Part shown: positions 8,709-17,703 of the stretch, piece by piece
Position numbering within the stretch: position 1 is the first letter of the stretch
Layout: every line of letters starts with the position of its first letter
Assembly (NCBI GenBank): GCA_963790575.1
Contig: CAWBPD010000026.1
Span: 264,411-328,410 of the forward strand
Reading direction: 5' to 3'
Length of the DNA stretch: 64,000 nucleotides
DNA from: Candidatus Dormiibacterota bacterium
GTDB lineage: Bacteria > Chloroflexota > Dormibacteria > Dormibacterales > Dormibacteraceae
The notes under the pieces: model-generated
The model's database searches: none
What the model was told of the DNA's origin: nothing
Seen by the model: the letters and a program-made list of their open reading frames with translations, nothing else
Position numbers and translations under genes: made by a program

Positions 8709-10060
8709 CCGGGCGGAGCGGGGGGGAGTGCCAGGATGAGGGGCTTCTCGAGCAGCGAGCGGACCTCGCCCAGGAACTGCGCCGCCGTCTGCCCGTAGAA
8801 GACCCGATGATCACAGGAGAGCGTCATCCGCATCCCGGAGCCGATCGCGACCTGGCCGTTCTCGACCAGCGGGACCTGCTTGATCTGGCCCACCGCCAGG
8901 ATCGCCGACTCCGGCGGGTTGATGATCGCCTCGAACTCGTCCACCCCGTACATGCCGAGGTTGGAGATGCTGAAGGTGCCGCCCGAAAGGTCGGCGTCGG
9001 AGGGTCGTCCGGCGCGGGATCGCTCGATCGCCTGGCGGGTGTCGAGCGAGATCTGGATCACGTCCTTCTGGTCGCAGTCGTGGACCACCGGCACCAGCAG
9101 GCCCATGCCCTCGGCCGGAGGCACCGCGATGCCGATGTTGACGGCCCGCTTCCGCTCGAAGTGGTCCTCCACCCAGCTGGCGTTGACCTCCGGGAACCGG
9201 GTCAACGCGATCGCGACCGCGCGCGTCACGAAGTCGGTGACCGTCACACGCTCCGCCGCCGGGACCGAGTCCTTGAGCTGACGGCGAAGCGCGACCAGCT
9301 CGTCGACCCGTGCCTCCACCGTGACATAGAAGCTGGGCACGGTGCTGCGGCTGAGCGCCATGCGCTTGGCGATCGTCGCCTGCATCCGGGTCGGCCGCAC
9401 CACCTCGGCGGGCTCGGTGGGTCGGGGAGGGGCGGTCCGGGCCGGCGCCCCCGCGGCCGCCGGAGCCGGGGCCTGGGCCGGAGCACCCTGCGCCGCCTCC
9501 GCCGCCCGCTGGACATCCTCTTTCACGATCCGGCCGCCCGGGCCGCTGCCCCTCACGCGGGACAGGTCGACCCCGTTCTCGCGCGCCAGGCGCCGGGCCA
9601 GCGGCGAGGCGCGCACGCCCTCCGGAAGGCGCTCCTCGCCGGCGCCGCCCCCGGCCGCTGCCGGCGCCGGTGCGGCCTCGGTGGTTGCCGGGTGCTGTGT
9701 CTCCTCACCCGCGGGCTCGGGTTCCTGAGCCGGAGCCGCCTCCACCTTCGGCTCCTCCGCCGCCTCCGCAGTCGACTCCTCCGCCTTCGGTTGCTCCGCC
9801 GGTGGTGCCTCCTCCTGCGGCGCCTCTTTGGCGTCCCCGATGCGGGCGATGAGGTCTCCCACCGGGACCGGTTTCCCCTGGTCGACGACGATGTGCAGGT
9901 ACCCCGAAGCCTCCGCCTCGAGGTCGAAGCTCGCCTTGTCCGACTCCACCTCGGCGAGCACGTCGCCCCGCTTCACCTGGTCGCCCTCTTGGACCTTCCA
10001 GGTGAGCACTGTGCCCTCCTCCATGGTGTCGGAGAGCTTGGGCATGTTCACATCGGCCAT
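8705..10060 (-). CDS. Dihydrolipoamide acyltransferase E2 of a 2-oxoacid dehydrogenase complex, with one lipoyl domain.
   Basis: MADVNMPKLSDTMEEGTVLTWKVQEGDQVKRGDVLAEVESDKASFDLEA is a lipoyl-Lys motif. A Pro/Ala-rich linker follows, then a PSBD (LARRLARENGVDLSRVRGSGPGGRIVKEDV) and a catalytic domain ending ...LSCDHRVFYG. The true start at 10060 is internal to ORF 8705..10267. Confidence 0.9.
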   Translation of the reverse strand: MADVNMPKLSDTMEEGTVLTWKVQEGDQVKRGDVLAEVESDKASFDLEAEASGYLHIVVDQGKPVPVGDLIARIGDAKEAPQEEAPPAEQPKAEESTAEAAEEPKVEAAPAQEPEPAGEETQHPATTEAAPAPAAAGGGAGEERLPEGVRASPLARRLARENGVDLSRVRGSGPGGRIVKEDVQRAAEAAQGAPAQAPAPAAAGAPARTAPPRPTEPAEVVRPTRMQATIAKRMALSRSTVPSFYVTVEARVDELVALRRQLKDSVPAAERVTVTDFVTRAVAIALTRFPEVNASWVEDHFERKRAVNIGIAVPPAEGMGLLVPVVHDCDQKDVIQISLDTRQAIERSRAGRPSDADLSGGTFSISNLGMYGVDEFEAIINPPESAILAVGQIKQVPLVENGQVAIGSGMRMTLSCDHRVFYGQTAAQFLGEVRSLLEKPLILALPPAPPG

Positions 10061-10088
10061 CGACTGTCTCCCAACTGCAGGGTGCGGC

Positions 10089-11063
10089 TCAGCGCAGCGC
10101 CCGCTTGCAGAGCTCCACGATCCCGTCCACCGAGGGGATCGCCGCCTTCTCCAGGTACTGGTTGTAGGGCATCGGCACTTCCGCGCCGCCGAGGCGAAGG
10201 ATGGGGGCGTCCAGGTGGTCGAAGCACCGCTCCTGGAGCCCGGCCGCCAGCTCCGCGCTGACGCCATAGGTCGCCCAGCCCTCTTCGGCGATGACGCACC
10301 GGTTGGTCCGGCGCACCGACTCCTCCAGCGTCTCCCAATCGATGGGGCGCACGCTGCGGAGGTCGATCACCTCCAGGTCGTAGTCGTCTTCGGCCAGCCT
10401 CTCCGCCGCCTGCACCGCCTGCACCGCCTGGCGCGACACCCCGATGACGGTCAGGTCGCTGCCCCGACGCCTGGTCTCGGCCTTGCCCAACGGCGTTGTG
10501 TGGTCTCCCTCGGGCACCTCACCGCGGGTGTTGTAGAGCGACATCGACTCCAGGAAGATCACCGGGTTGTCGTCGCGGATCGATGCCTTGAGCAGCCCCT
10601 TGGCGTCGGCCGGCGTGGTGGGCGCCACCACCACCAGGCCCGGGATCGAGCCGTAGAGGTTCTCGAAGCTGTGCGAGTGCTGGCTCGAGAGCTGATGGCC
10701 GGCGCCGCCGGGCATGCGCAGGACGAGCGGGATCGTCACCTTGCCGCCGAACATGTAGCGGGCCTTGGCCGCGTTCTGCACGATCTGGTCGAACGCGACC
10801 AGTGAGAAGTTGACCGTCATCAGCTCGGTGACCGGGCGCAACCCGCACATCGCGGACCCGATCGACGCGCCGACGAAGCCCTCCTCCGAGATCGGGGTGT
10901 CGACCACACGCATGGGCCCGTACTTGGCGAGCAGGCCCTCGGTGACGCGGTAGGAGCCGCCGAAGGTGCCGATCTCCTCCCCGATCAGGTAGACGCGGTC
11001 GTCGCGCGCCAGCTCCTCATCGAGGGCCTCGCGGAGAGCGACCCGGTAGAGCGTCTCAGGCAC
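10089..11063 (-). CDS. 2-oxoacid (pyruvate/branched-chain) dehydrogenase E1 beta subunit.
   Basis: Transketolase-like pyrimidine-binding and C-terminal domains are present (YRVALREALDEEL...GEEIGTFGGSYRVTEGL...VVDTPISEEGFVG). Confidence 0.9.
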   Translation of the reverse strand: MPETLYRVALREALDEELARDDRVYLIGEEIGTFGGSYRVTEGLLAKYGPMRVVDTPISEEGFVGASIGSAMCGLRPVTELMTVNFSLVAFDQIVQNAAKARYMFGGKVTIPLVLRMPGGAGHQLSSQHSHSFENLYGSIPGLVVVAPTTPADAKGLLKASIRDDNPVIFLESMSLYNTRGEVPEGDHTTPLGKAETRRRGSDLTVIGVSRQAVQAVQAAERLAEDDYDLEVIDLRSVRPIDWETLEESVRRTNRCVIAEEGWATYGVSAELAAGLQERCFDHLDAPILRLGGAEVPMPYNQYLEKAAIPSVDGIVELCKRALR

Positions 11064-12168
11064 GGCGGCCCTCCTGGTCCTCGAACTGCCCGGCGTAGAG
11101 GAAGCGGTAGAGCTCCTCGACCTTCGGGTTCTCGCTCTGGTCCGCGAAGCGCACCACCTCGTCGATCTCGGCCTGGACGTCGTCGTCGACGCGCTCCAGC
11201 TCCTCGCGGCTGGCGATGCGGGCCTTCTCCAGCCGGTGCTCGAACGAGATCACCGGGTCGGCCTCCCGCCACTTCGCCTTCTCTTCGTCCGAGCGGTACC
11301 GGTCGGGGTCGATCACCGAGTGGCCGAGGTAGCGGTAGGCCACCGCCTCGATCAGGCGCGGCTGGGAGTCCTCGCGGGTCTTGCGGACCATCTCGGCGGT
11401 CTTGTGCAGCACCTCCAGGACGTCCATCCCGTCGACGCGAACCGACTCCATCCGGTAGGCGCAGGCGCGCTTGTAGATCTCCGGCTCCGCCGACGCACGG
11501 TCGACCGGGGTGCCCATCCCGTACTGGTTGTTGACGCAGAACCAGACCACCGGAAGGTCGAGGACCTTGGCCATGTTGAGCGACTCGGAGAAGGCGCCGA
11601 TGTTGGTCGCCCCGTCGCCGAACATGCAGAACACGATGTCCTGGCCGCCCTCGGGTGGCTCCTGCCCCAGCACCTGCTGCTGGTACTTGAGCGCGAAGCC
11701 GGCGCCCACCGCCAGCGGAAGGTGGCCACCCACGATCCCATACCCGCCCATGAAGCGACGCTCGTAGTCGAACATGTGCATCGAGCCGCCACGCCCGTGC
11801 GAGGTGCCGTCGACGCGGCCGAACAGTTCCGCCATCACGGCTCGCACCTCGACGCCGCGGGCGATCGCGTGCCCGTGCTCGCGATACCCGGTGTAGAAGT
11901 AGTCGCTCTGCCGCAGTGGCAGTATGCCGCCCGCGACCGTGGCCTCCTCACCCAGGTTGAGGTGGCAGTAGCCACCGATCTTGGCGTGCGTGTACTCGAC
12001 CTTGGCACGCTCCTCGAACCGCCGCACCAGCAGCATCAGCCGGTAGAGCCGGAGCAGATCATCGCGGTCCTCGGATCGCAGCTCGATCTCCTCCGGCGGC
12101 CGCTGAAGGCGGATCTGGCCGTCCACCAATGGGGACGCGCCGTCTCGCTCTCGCACCTCATGTGCCAC
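11056..12168 (-). CDS. 2-oxoacid dehydrogenase E1 alpha subunit (TPP-dependent).
   Basis: A TPP-binding motif is present (GDGATNIGAFSESLNMAKVLDLPVVWFCVNNQYGMG). There is a GTG start with the RBS AGAAGGAGAG six nt upstream. The gene overlaps the nadE stop by 2 nt. Confidence 0.9.
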   Translation of the reverse strand: MAHEVRERDGASPLVDGQIRLQRPPEEIELRSEDRDDLLRLYRLMLLVRRFEERAKVEYTHAKIGGYCHLNLGEEATVAGGILPLRQSDYFYTGYREHGHAIARGVEVRAVMAELFGRVDGTSHGRGGSMHMFDYERRFMGGYGIVGGHLPLAVGAGFALKYQQQVLGQEPPEGGQDIVFCMFGDGATNIGAFSESLNMAKVLDLPVVWFCVNNQYGMGTPVDRASAEPEIYKRACAYRMESVRVDGMDVLEVLHKTAEMVRKTREDSQPRLIEAVAYRYLGHSVIDPDRYRSDEEKAKWREADPVISFEHRLEKARIASREELERVDDDVQAEIDEVVRFADQSENPKVEELYRFLYAGQFEDQEGRRA

Positions 12169-12169
12169 G

Positions 12170-14074
12170 TCAGGCTCTCCTTCTAGTGGCGCGCGCCACT
12201 CCGCGGTCGTCGCTCCCCGGGTCGCGCCGTCCAGCCGACGCGTTGTCGTTCTCGGGTGGGTTGACTCCGGGGTCTCTGCGGGACCGGGCCGGCGGAGTCA
12301 GGTGGGGTATAAGACGCAACCCGTCAGGACGATACCGGTTCACGATCGGCATCCGGCGGTCACGGCCGAATGCCCGCGGCGTGACCTTGATGCCGGGAGC
12401 CCCCTGGCGTCGCTTGTATTCGCTGTGGTCCACGAGAGCGATCACGCGGCGGACCTGGTCGGGATCGTGCCCGGCGGCGATCAGCTCCTCGGGCGAACGG
12501 TCCTCCTCCACGTAGCCCTGGAGGATGGGATCGAGCTGCGCATAGGGCGGGAGGCTGTCCTCGTCGCGCTGGTCCGGGCGCAGCTCCGCCGAGGGTGCCT
12601 TGACCAGAACGTTGGCGGGAATGACGGGAACCGGGGGCAGGGCGTTGCGATAGCGGCTGAGCTCGAAGACCAGGGTCTTGGGGATATCCTTCAAGACCGC
12701 GAATCCGCCCACCATGTCGCCGTAGAGGGTGCTGTAGCCGGTCGCCAGCTCGGATTTGTTGCCGGTGGTCAGGACCAGCCAGTCGAACTTGTTGGAGAGG
12801 GTCATCATCAGCGTGCCCCGGATCCGGGCCTGCAGATTCTCCTCCGCGAGGCCCGGCTTTTGGCCCCGGAAGGTCTCAGCCAGGGTCTGCGTCAACGCCT
12901 CGCGCCCGGGCTCGATGGGCAGCTCGAGGGTCTCGATGCCGAGGGCCCGGGCCAGCTCGAGCGCATCGTCGTTGCTCGACCGCGACGTGTAGACGGACGG
13001 GAGCAGGACGCCGACCACCCGCTCGGGGCCGAGCGCGTCCACCGCCACCGCCGCCGTCAGCGAGGAATCGATCCCACCGGAGAGCGCGATCAGGACCTTC
13101 TCGAAGATCCCGGTCTTGCGCACGTAGTCGCCGGTGCCGAGGACGAGCGCCTGGTAGACCTCGGCCGCCCCCTCCAGCGGCGTGGCAAGCGGCCGGCGCG
13201 GCGGGCCCGCCGGCCGCGAGCGCGGGTGCTCGGTGACCAGAACCTCGTCGGGGTCGAGGTCGATCTGCACCGGCCCCACCGTCTCGCTGCGGAGCCGGGT
13301 GTCACGCAGGCGCTCGCCGAACACCGCGCCCACGTCGATGTCCGCCACCAGCAGCTCCTCTGCCATCGAGGGCGCGCGGGCGACGACCGCGCCCGAGGGA
13401 TCGAAGACGCAGCTGTTGCCATCGAAGATCAGCTCGTCCTGACCGCCCACCGTGTTGACCCAGACCATGAAGGCGCGCGCGTCCATCGCACGGGTGGCGA
13501 TCATCTGCTCGCGCGAGAGCCGCTTGCGGGCATAAAACGGGGAACCGTTGATGTTGACCAGGACCTCGGCGCCCAGCTCCGCCTGCAGGGAGACGGGCCC
13601 CGCCGGGTACCAGGCGTCCTCGCAGATCGACACGCCCACGCGAACGCCGTCGATGATGAAGATCGGGCAGCGCCGGCCGGCGCGGAAGTAGCGCTGCTCG
13701 TCGAAGACGCCGTAGTTCGGCAGGTAGATCTTGTGGTACACGCCGCGCAGCTCTCCGTCCCGGGCCACAAACGCGGCGTTGTGAATGTCGAGCTCGAGGT
13801 CGACGAAACCGCCGATCACCGTGATGCCGTGGGAGGCCGCCACCAGCCGGTCCCGATGCCGGAGGTTGTCACGGACGAAGGACGGTTTCAGGACCAGGTC
13901 CTCGGGGGGATAACCGGTGACCGCCAGCTCGGGGAAAACGACCAGGTCGGCACGCTCACCCCGCGCCCGCTCGATCCACTCGAGCATGCGGTCGGTGTTC
14001 CCGTGGAGGTCACCCACGGTGGCGTTGAACTGCGCCAGCGCCACTCGCAAGGTCCGCGGTACGTCGGTTTCCAC
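12170..14074 (-). CDS. nadE: Glutamine-dependent NAD+ synthetase, with an N-terminal CN-hydrolase domain and a C-terminal NAD synthetase domain.
   Basis: The N-terminus carries the nitrilase motif LVVFPELAVTGYPPEDL. The C-terminus carries the PP-loop LIALSGGIDSS. The last 50 aa (RPDGLRLIPHLTPPARSRRDPG...) look like a low-complexity extension beyond the usual NadE end. Confidence 0.85.
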   Translation of the reverse strand: METDVPRTLRVALAQFNATVGDLHGNTDRMLEWIERARGERADLVVFPELAVTGYPPEDLVLKPSFVRDNLRHRDRLVAASHGITVIGGFVDLELDIHNAAFVARDGELRGVYHKIYLPNYGVFDEQRYFRAGRRCPIFIIDGVRVGVSICEDAWYPAGPVSLQAELGAEVLVNINGSPFYARKRLSREQMIATRAMDARAFMVWVNTVGGQDELIFDGNSCVFDPSGAVVARAPSMAEELLVADIDVGAVFGERLRDTRLRSETVGPVQIDLDPDEVLVTEHPRSRPAGPPRRPLATPLEGAAEVYQALVLGTGDYVRKTGIFEKVLIALSGGIDSSLTAAVAVDALGPERVVGVLLPSVYTSRSSNDDALELARALGIETLELPIEPGREALTQTLAETFRGQKPGLAEENLQARIRGTLMMTLSNKFDWLVLTTGNKSELATGYSTLYGDMVGGFAVLKDIPKTLVFELSRYRNALPPVPVIPANVLVKAPSAELRPDQRDEDSLPPYAQLDPILQGYVEEDRSPEELIAAGHDPDQVRRVIALVDHSEYKRRQGAPGIKVTPRAFGRDRRMPIVNRYRPDGLRLIPHLTPPARSRRDPGVNPPENDNASAGRRDPGSDDRGVARATRRRA

Positions 14075-14129
14075 GGACCTCTATTCTGCGCCCGCCCCTG
14101 CGTCCGGTGAGGAGCGGCCAGCGGCGGCG

Positions 14130-14927
14130 TCAGCGGATCGGAAAGGCGACGTCGCAGACCTCCTCATCCGGCGCCGCGCCTTCCGGGGTGGCGCCGTCGC
14201 GGTAGACCTCTCGGGGCGGCCCCAGGCTGACCCGGCCGCGAGCGTCGATCCACCGCTCGACCGCGTCGTACGCCGACAGGATGTGGGGCCACTGCAGGTG
14301 CGCCGCCGTGACCTTGACGTAGGCCTCCCGGTGCGCGGGTTCAAGCCGCGTCTGCGCCGAGGCGGTCGCGACCGGCAAGCACACCTCGACGGGACCGTCG
14401 CTGTCCTCGTTGACTTCCCCGTGGAATGCCACGAACAGCTCACCGGCGGCTCCCCCGTGCGCTCCGGCCGACCTCCGGAGCAACGTCTTGGCGCCGATGA
14501 TCGTGGCCGGCAGCCCCTGCAGATAGGTCGCCCGCTGCTCGGTGAGGACGGTCTGCCCGGGCACGGTGCGCTCTCGCACGTCGAAGGCCTCGAGCGATGC
14601 CTCGCCGCAGGCCAGGCTCTGCCGCACCCGTCTTGCGAGCTCGCGCTGGGAGGCAAGGCGCCGTTCGACCTCCTCCCAGTAGGCCCCGATCAGGCGGGCA
14701 CCGTCGTCGCCCGGGGTGACCACCACCCTCGACACCTCGGACAGGGGCATGTCGAGCCGCCGCAGCGCGACGATCAGCCGCGCCGTGAACAGTTGCTCCT
14801 CCCGATACCAGCGGTAGCCGTTCTCGGGGTCCACCCGGGCCGGGGACAAGAGACCCAGCCGCTCGTACAGCCGCAGCGCCTTCATCGAGAGCCGCGACCG
14901 CCGGGCGAAGGTGCCGATCGCGAGCAT
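14130..14927 (-). CDS. MerR-family transcriptional regulator with a C-terminal GyrI-like effector-binding domain (BmrR type).
   Basis: An N-terminal HTH is present (MLAIGTFARRSRLSMKALRLYERLGLLSPARVDPENGYRWY), followed by a coiled-coil linker and a C-terminal ligand-binding domain. The preferred start is the internal Met at 14927. Confidence 0.75.
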   Translation of the reverse strand: MLAIGTFARRSRLSMKALRLYERLGLLSPARVDPENGYRWYREEQLFTARLIVALRRLDMPLSEVSRVVVTPGDDGARLIGAYWEEVERRLASQRELARRVRQSLACGEASLEAFDVRERTVPGQTVLTEQRATYLQGLPATIIGAKTLLRRSAGAHGGAAGELFVAFHGEVNEDSDGPVEVCLPVATASAQTRLEPAHREAYVKVTAAHLQWPHILSAYDAVERWIDARGRVSLGPPREVYRDGATPEGAAPDEEVCDVAFPIR

Positions 14928-14955
14928 TCGCTCGCCAGGCTCGCTCACACGTCCG

Positions 14956-15468
14956 TCACGTGGGGCCACTGGGGTCGGCGAGCCGGAACGCGAGCTCGGT
15001 CTCCCACGCGTTCATATCCGGCTGCTCGCGCGGGTCGGTCAGATACAGCTCCAGCCGTGCCCCCCAGCGCTCGCCCTCCGGCGACTGGGACACGTCCCAT
15101 GTGAGTCCGTGCTCATCGGCCCAGCGCAGGAGCCTGGCCGTCGCGTCCATCAGCGTGCTGGGATGACCGACGTGCCGCAGCGTCGCGTACCGGCCCGCCG
15201 GCAGCACGCCGGCATGCACGCGTTCGTCACCCTCGACCGGCTGTGTCGTCGCCACGCCCGCCTCGACCTCGAGCCCGCGCTCCATGTCGATGACGTTGTA
15301 CTTCCAGAACGGCGGCCCGGCCGGCTGGCCGCCATGCCGGCCGAGCCACCCGAAGACCTCCTGATTCAATGGCGGCACCACCTCGCCGAGGTTCTGCATC
15401 GTGACCTTCGCCGTGATCGCGGCGTAGGGCTGGGCCGAGCGTTCGGTGATCGTCGGTTCCGTGCTCAT
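14956..15468 (-). CDS. GyrI-like small-molecule-binding domain protein.
   Basis: This 170 aa protein (FWKYNVIDMERGLEVEAGVAT...ARLELYLTDPRE) resembles GyrI/SbmC-like effector-binding proteins. It lies directly upstream of the MerR gene. Confidence 0.6.
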   Translation of the reverse strand: MSTEPTITERSAQPYAAITAKVTMQNLGEVVPPLNQEVFGWLGRHGGQPAGPPFWKYNVIDMERGLEVEAGVATTQPVEGDERVHAGVLPAGRYATLRHVGHPSTLMDATARLLRWADEHGLTWDVSQSPEGERWGARLELYLTDPREQPDMNAWETELAFRLADPSGPT

Positions 15469-15501
15469 GCCGACAGCGTGAAGCCTGCCCTTGGGACAAG
15501 G

Positions 15502-16185
15502 TCAAGCGGTGTTTTGCCGGCGCCGTCCGGGGAGCGACGACCAGCCGCTGCTGGTGAGCGCGTAGAAGACGGCGATCGCGAGATACAGGAACGCGGCCAG
15601 GTAGGGGGAGAGCAGGCCCAGCGCCGCGCAGCCCGCGTAGGCGAAGACCCCGACCCAGGCGCGGACCCCCTCCCGGCGGGCGAAGGGTGCGTCGAAGGGG
15701 GCGAGGAAGAGGTGGGGGACTCGCACCAGGTGCCTCCAGAGCCCCACCCAGGGGAGGGTCATGAGGACGCCCGTGAGCCCGTAGAGCACCGCCGCCACCC
15801 GCCCGTTCCACCCCGGATCGTGGAGATGGGCGGCGAGGATCGCGGTCGGGAAGGGGAGGAAGGCGACGAACAGGAGCAGGGAAAGGTTCCCCCACTGCAG
15901 GGTGCGGTCGGTGGCCCGCAGCCGCTCGAAGAAGGCGTGGTGGTTGAGCCAGATGATGCCGATGGTGAGGAAGCTGGTCAGGTAGGCCAGGTAGGCCGCC
16001 CACTGATGGACCAGCGTCAGAAAGAGGGATCCGTGGGCCGGCACGTCGGCGTGAAGGTCGAGCACCAGCAGCGTGATCGCGATCGCGAGGACGCCGTCGC
16101 TGAACGCCTCGGTGCGCGAGGTCGCGGAGAGGCGGAGGCCCTCGTCGGTGACGGCGGCCGGCCGGCTGGAGTCGTCGTCGCCCAT
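15502..16185 (-). CDS. DUF1211 / TMEM175-family membrane protein (putative K+ channel).
   Basis: The signature RTEAFSDGVLAIAITLLVLDL is present and a second repeat follows. There are multiple transmembrane helices. Confidence 0.7.
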   Translation of the reverse strand: MGDDDSSRPAAVTDEGLRLSATSRTEAFSDGVLAIAITLLVLDLHADVPAHGSLFLTLVHQWAAYLAYLTSFLTIGIIWLNHHAFFERLRATDRTLQWGNLSLLLFVAFLPFPTAILAAHLHDPGWNGRVAAVLYGLTGVLMTLPWVGLWRHLVRVPHLFLAPFDAPFARREGVRAWVGVFAYAGCAALGLLSPYLAAFLYLAIAVFYALTSSGWSSLPGRRRQNTA

Positions 16186-16363
16186 GATCCTGGGTCCAGG
16201 ATCGTACGCCGGAAACTGCGGTCTCCCGCCCTCGGCTCATCCCTCCGCCCCCAGCTGGTAGGCGGTGACCGTCGGATGCATCACATTAGCGCCGGCTCGT
16301 GCACGACCCGCACCCTCCAGGACCCTGGCCTAGCGACCGCGCACCGTCGGCTTCTGAAGCCGA

Positions 16364-16861
16364 ATGTGGCAATGTGATCCAGCGCGACTCCAGGACGGGT
16401 CGCGACGCCCTGCGGGAGATGAAGTTGAGATGCCATGGTGGGGAACGGTCCTGATCGCGTTGGGTGCTGCCCTCATCGGGGTCTTCTGGCGAGCTGGTTT
16501 TGAGGAGTGGCGTGACTTCCGCGGTGCCCGTCGCGTCGTGGCCGGCGAGCTGTCACGAGCGGCTGCGGCGCTGCGCGCCATCGAGCGCGAGGGGGCAGCG
16601 GGCGTGCATCTCCCCACGGTGCTGAGCACCGAGGCGTATCGGGAAACCAGGCTGGTTCTGGCGCGATACCTGCCCGGTCCTCTTTGGACCGATCTCGAGC
16701 ATGTCTACGACCGCGTCCAGGCGCTGGAGCACGAGCTTGGAGGCCCCCTTCCGGACGCCGAGATCGAGGACCTGTGGCGCCAGGCTGACACCGTCGCGCA
16801 GAAGCTGCGCCATCAGCGGGTGTTCGGGGCATGGAGCCCGAGGCGGCGACTCCGTGGATAG
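16364..16861 (+). CDS. Hypothetical small membrane protein. The start is more likely the MPWWGT at about 16430.
   Basis: There is a single N-terminal transmembrane helix (WWGTVLIALGAALIGVFW), then a soluble region. No known domain was found. Confidence 0.4.
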   Translation: MWQCDPARLQDGSRRPAGDEVEMPWWGTVLIALGAALIGVFWRAGFEEWRDFRGARRVVAGELSRAAAALRAIEREGAAGVHLPTVLSTEAYRETRLVLARYLPGPLWTDLEHVYDRVQALEHELGGPLPDAEIEDLWRQADTVAQKLRHQRVFGAWSPRRRLRG

Positions 16862-17180
16862 GACGGTGGCCATCGTCGCTCATCCGACGTTCACGAGGGC
16901 TGTTCTCAGGCTCTCGATCGCTCGGCGAAAGGAGGTCTATATCGCTTTGCGAGCCATCGAGCGTGGAGACGAGCTGCTCGAGCGAGACCAGGGCAACATC
17001 TACCATTTCGATCTCGCGTGGGAACCCGGTCGCCGGCTGCGGCTGCTCCTGGCCCGAGGTGTGAAGGGGGACCGGGAGGTCGCCCTGGCGGTCAACGCCT
17101 TCTGGATTGACGCTGGAGGCATGACCTCAGCCACCCGGATCACCGCAGCCAGGCGTGCCTGGGAAACGTGGGCCCCTTGA
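16854..17180 (+). CDS. Putative type II toxin of the RelE/ParE-superfamily (HigB/gp49-like), with a GTG start.
   Basis: This is about 109 aa (...IALRAIERGDELLERDQGNIYHFDLAWEPGRRLRLLLARGVKGDREVALAVNAFWID). It lies immediately upstream of, and overlaps by 13 nt, an XRE-HTH gene, which is the HigB-HigA gene order. The family assignment comes from pattern and context only. Confidence 0.45.
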   Translation: MDRTVAIVAHPTFTRAVLRLSIARRKEVYIALRAIERGDELLERDQGNIYHFDLAWEPGRRLRLLLARGVKGDREVALAVNAFWIDAGGMTSATRITAARRAWETWAP

Positions 17181-17548
17181 TCCGGATGCCGGCTTGCTCG
17201 TATAACATGCATGGTATGGCGGGGCTGAATCACGGGGCTGTGCCCGAGAGGGCCATCTCGCTGGATGAATTGATCGATCGTGAGAACGAGCAGCATCCAG
17301 GGCTACGGGACGCGGTTGAGCTCGGCGTCCAGCGGCGGCGCTTCCTGAGCAACCTGGCGAGCCTGCGTGAGGCGCATGGTTTCAGTCAGCAACAGGTCGC
17401 CGTGCGGATGGGCACAGGGCAGCCGGCGGTGGCCAGGCTCGAGAGTGGTGCCATCGATCCGAAATTCTCCACGCTTCAGAAGTACGCGGGCGCCATTGGT
17501 CTGCGGATCGAGCTGATGGACGGGGCGGCGCCTTCGAGAACGGATTAG
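17168..17548 (+). CDS. XRE-family HTH protein, putative HigA-like antitoxin.
   Basis: The HTH_XRE motif is LREAHGFSQQQVAVRMGTGQPAVARLESGAIDPKFSTLQKYAGAIGLRIEL. Confidence 0.7.
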   Translation: MGPLIRMPACSYNMHGMAGLNHGAVPERAISLDELIDRENEQHPGLRDAVELGVQRRRFLSNLASLREAHGFSQQQVAVRMGTGQPAVARLESGAIDPKFSTLQKYAGAIGLRIELMDGAAPSRTD

Positions 17549-17577
17549 CCTCTGGATCCGATTCACGATCCGCGCCG

Positions 17578-17703
17578 GCGTGCACCGACTGCCGGCACTC
17601 GGGCGGGGCAGGGTCACCGGGGTGCACCGACTGCCGGCACTCGGGTGGGGCAGGGGCACCGGCGTGCACCGAGTGCCGGCACTCGGGCGGGGCAGGGTCG
17701 GTC
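17578..17703. repeat. Three tandem units of about 41 bp each, carrying the palindromic core CCGA(G/C)TGCCGGCACTCGG. This is a REP-like element lying between convergent genes.
   Basis: The units read gtgcaccgactgccggcactcgggcggggcagggtcaccgg, ggtgcaccgactgccggcactcgggtggggcaggggcaccgg, and cgtgcaccgagtgccggcactcgggcggggcagggtcggtc. The same core recurs at 48150..48225. Confidence 0.8.

Noticed and set aside
15227-16240. ORFs 15227..16240 (minus) and 14911..16377 (plus), Arg/Gly-rich and 337 to 488 aa.
   Set aside because: They are alternative frames over the DUF1211 and GyrI-like genes. Their composition is characteristic of high-GC antisense artefacts.
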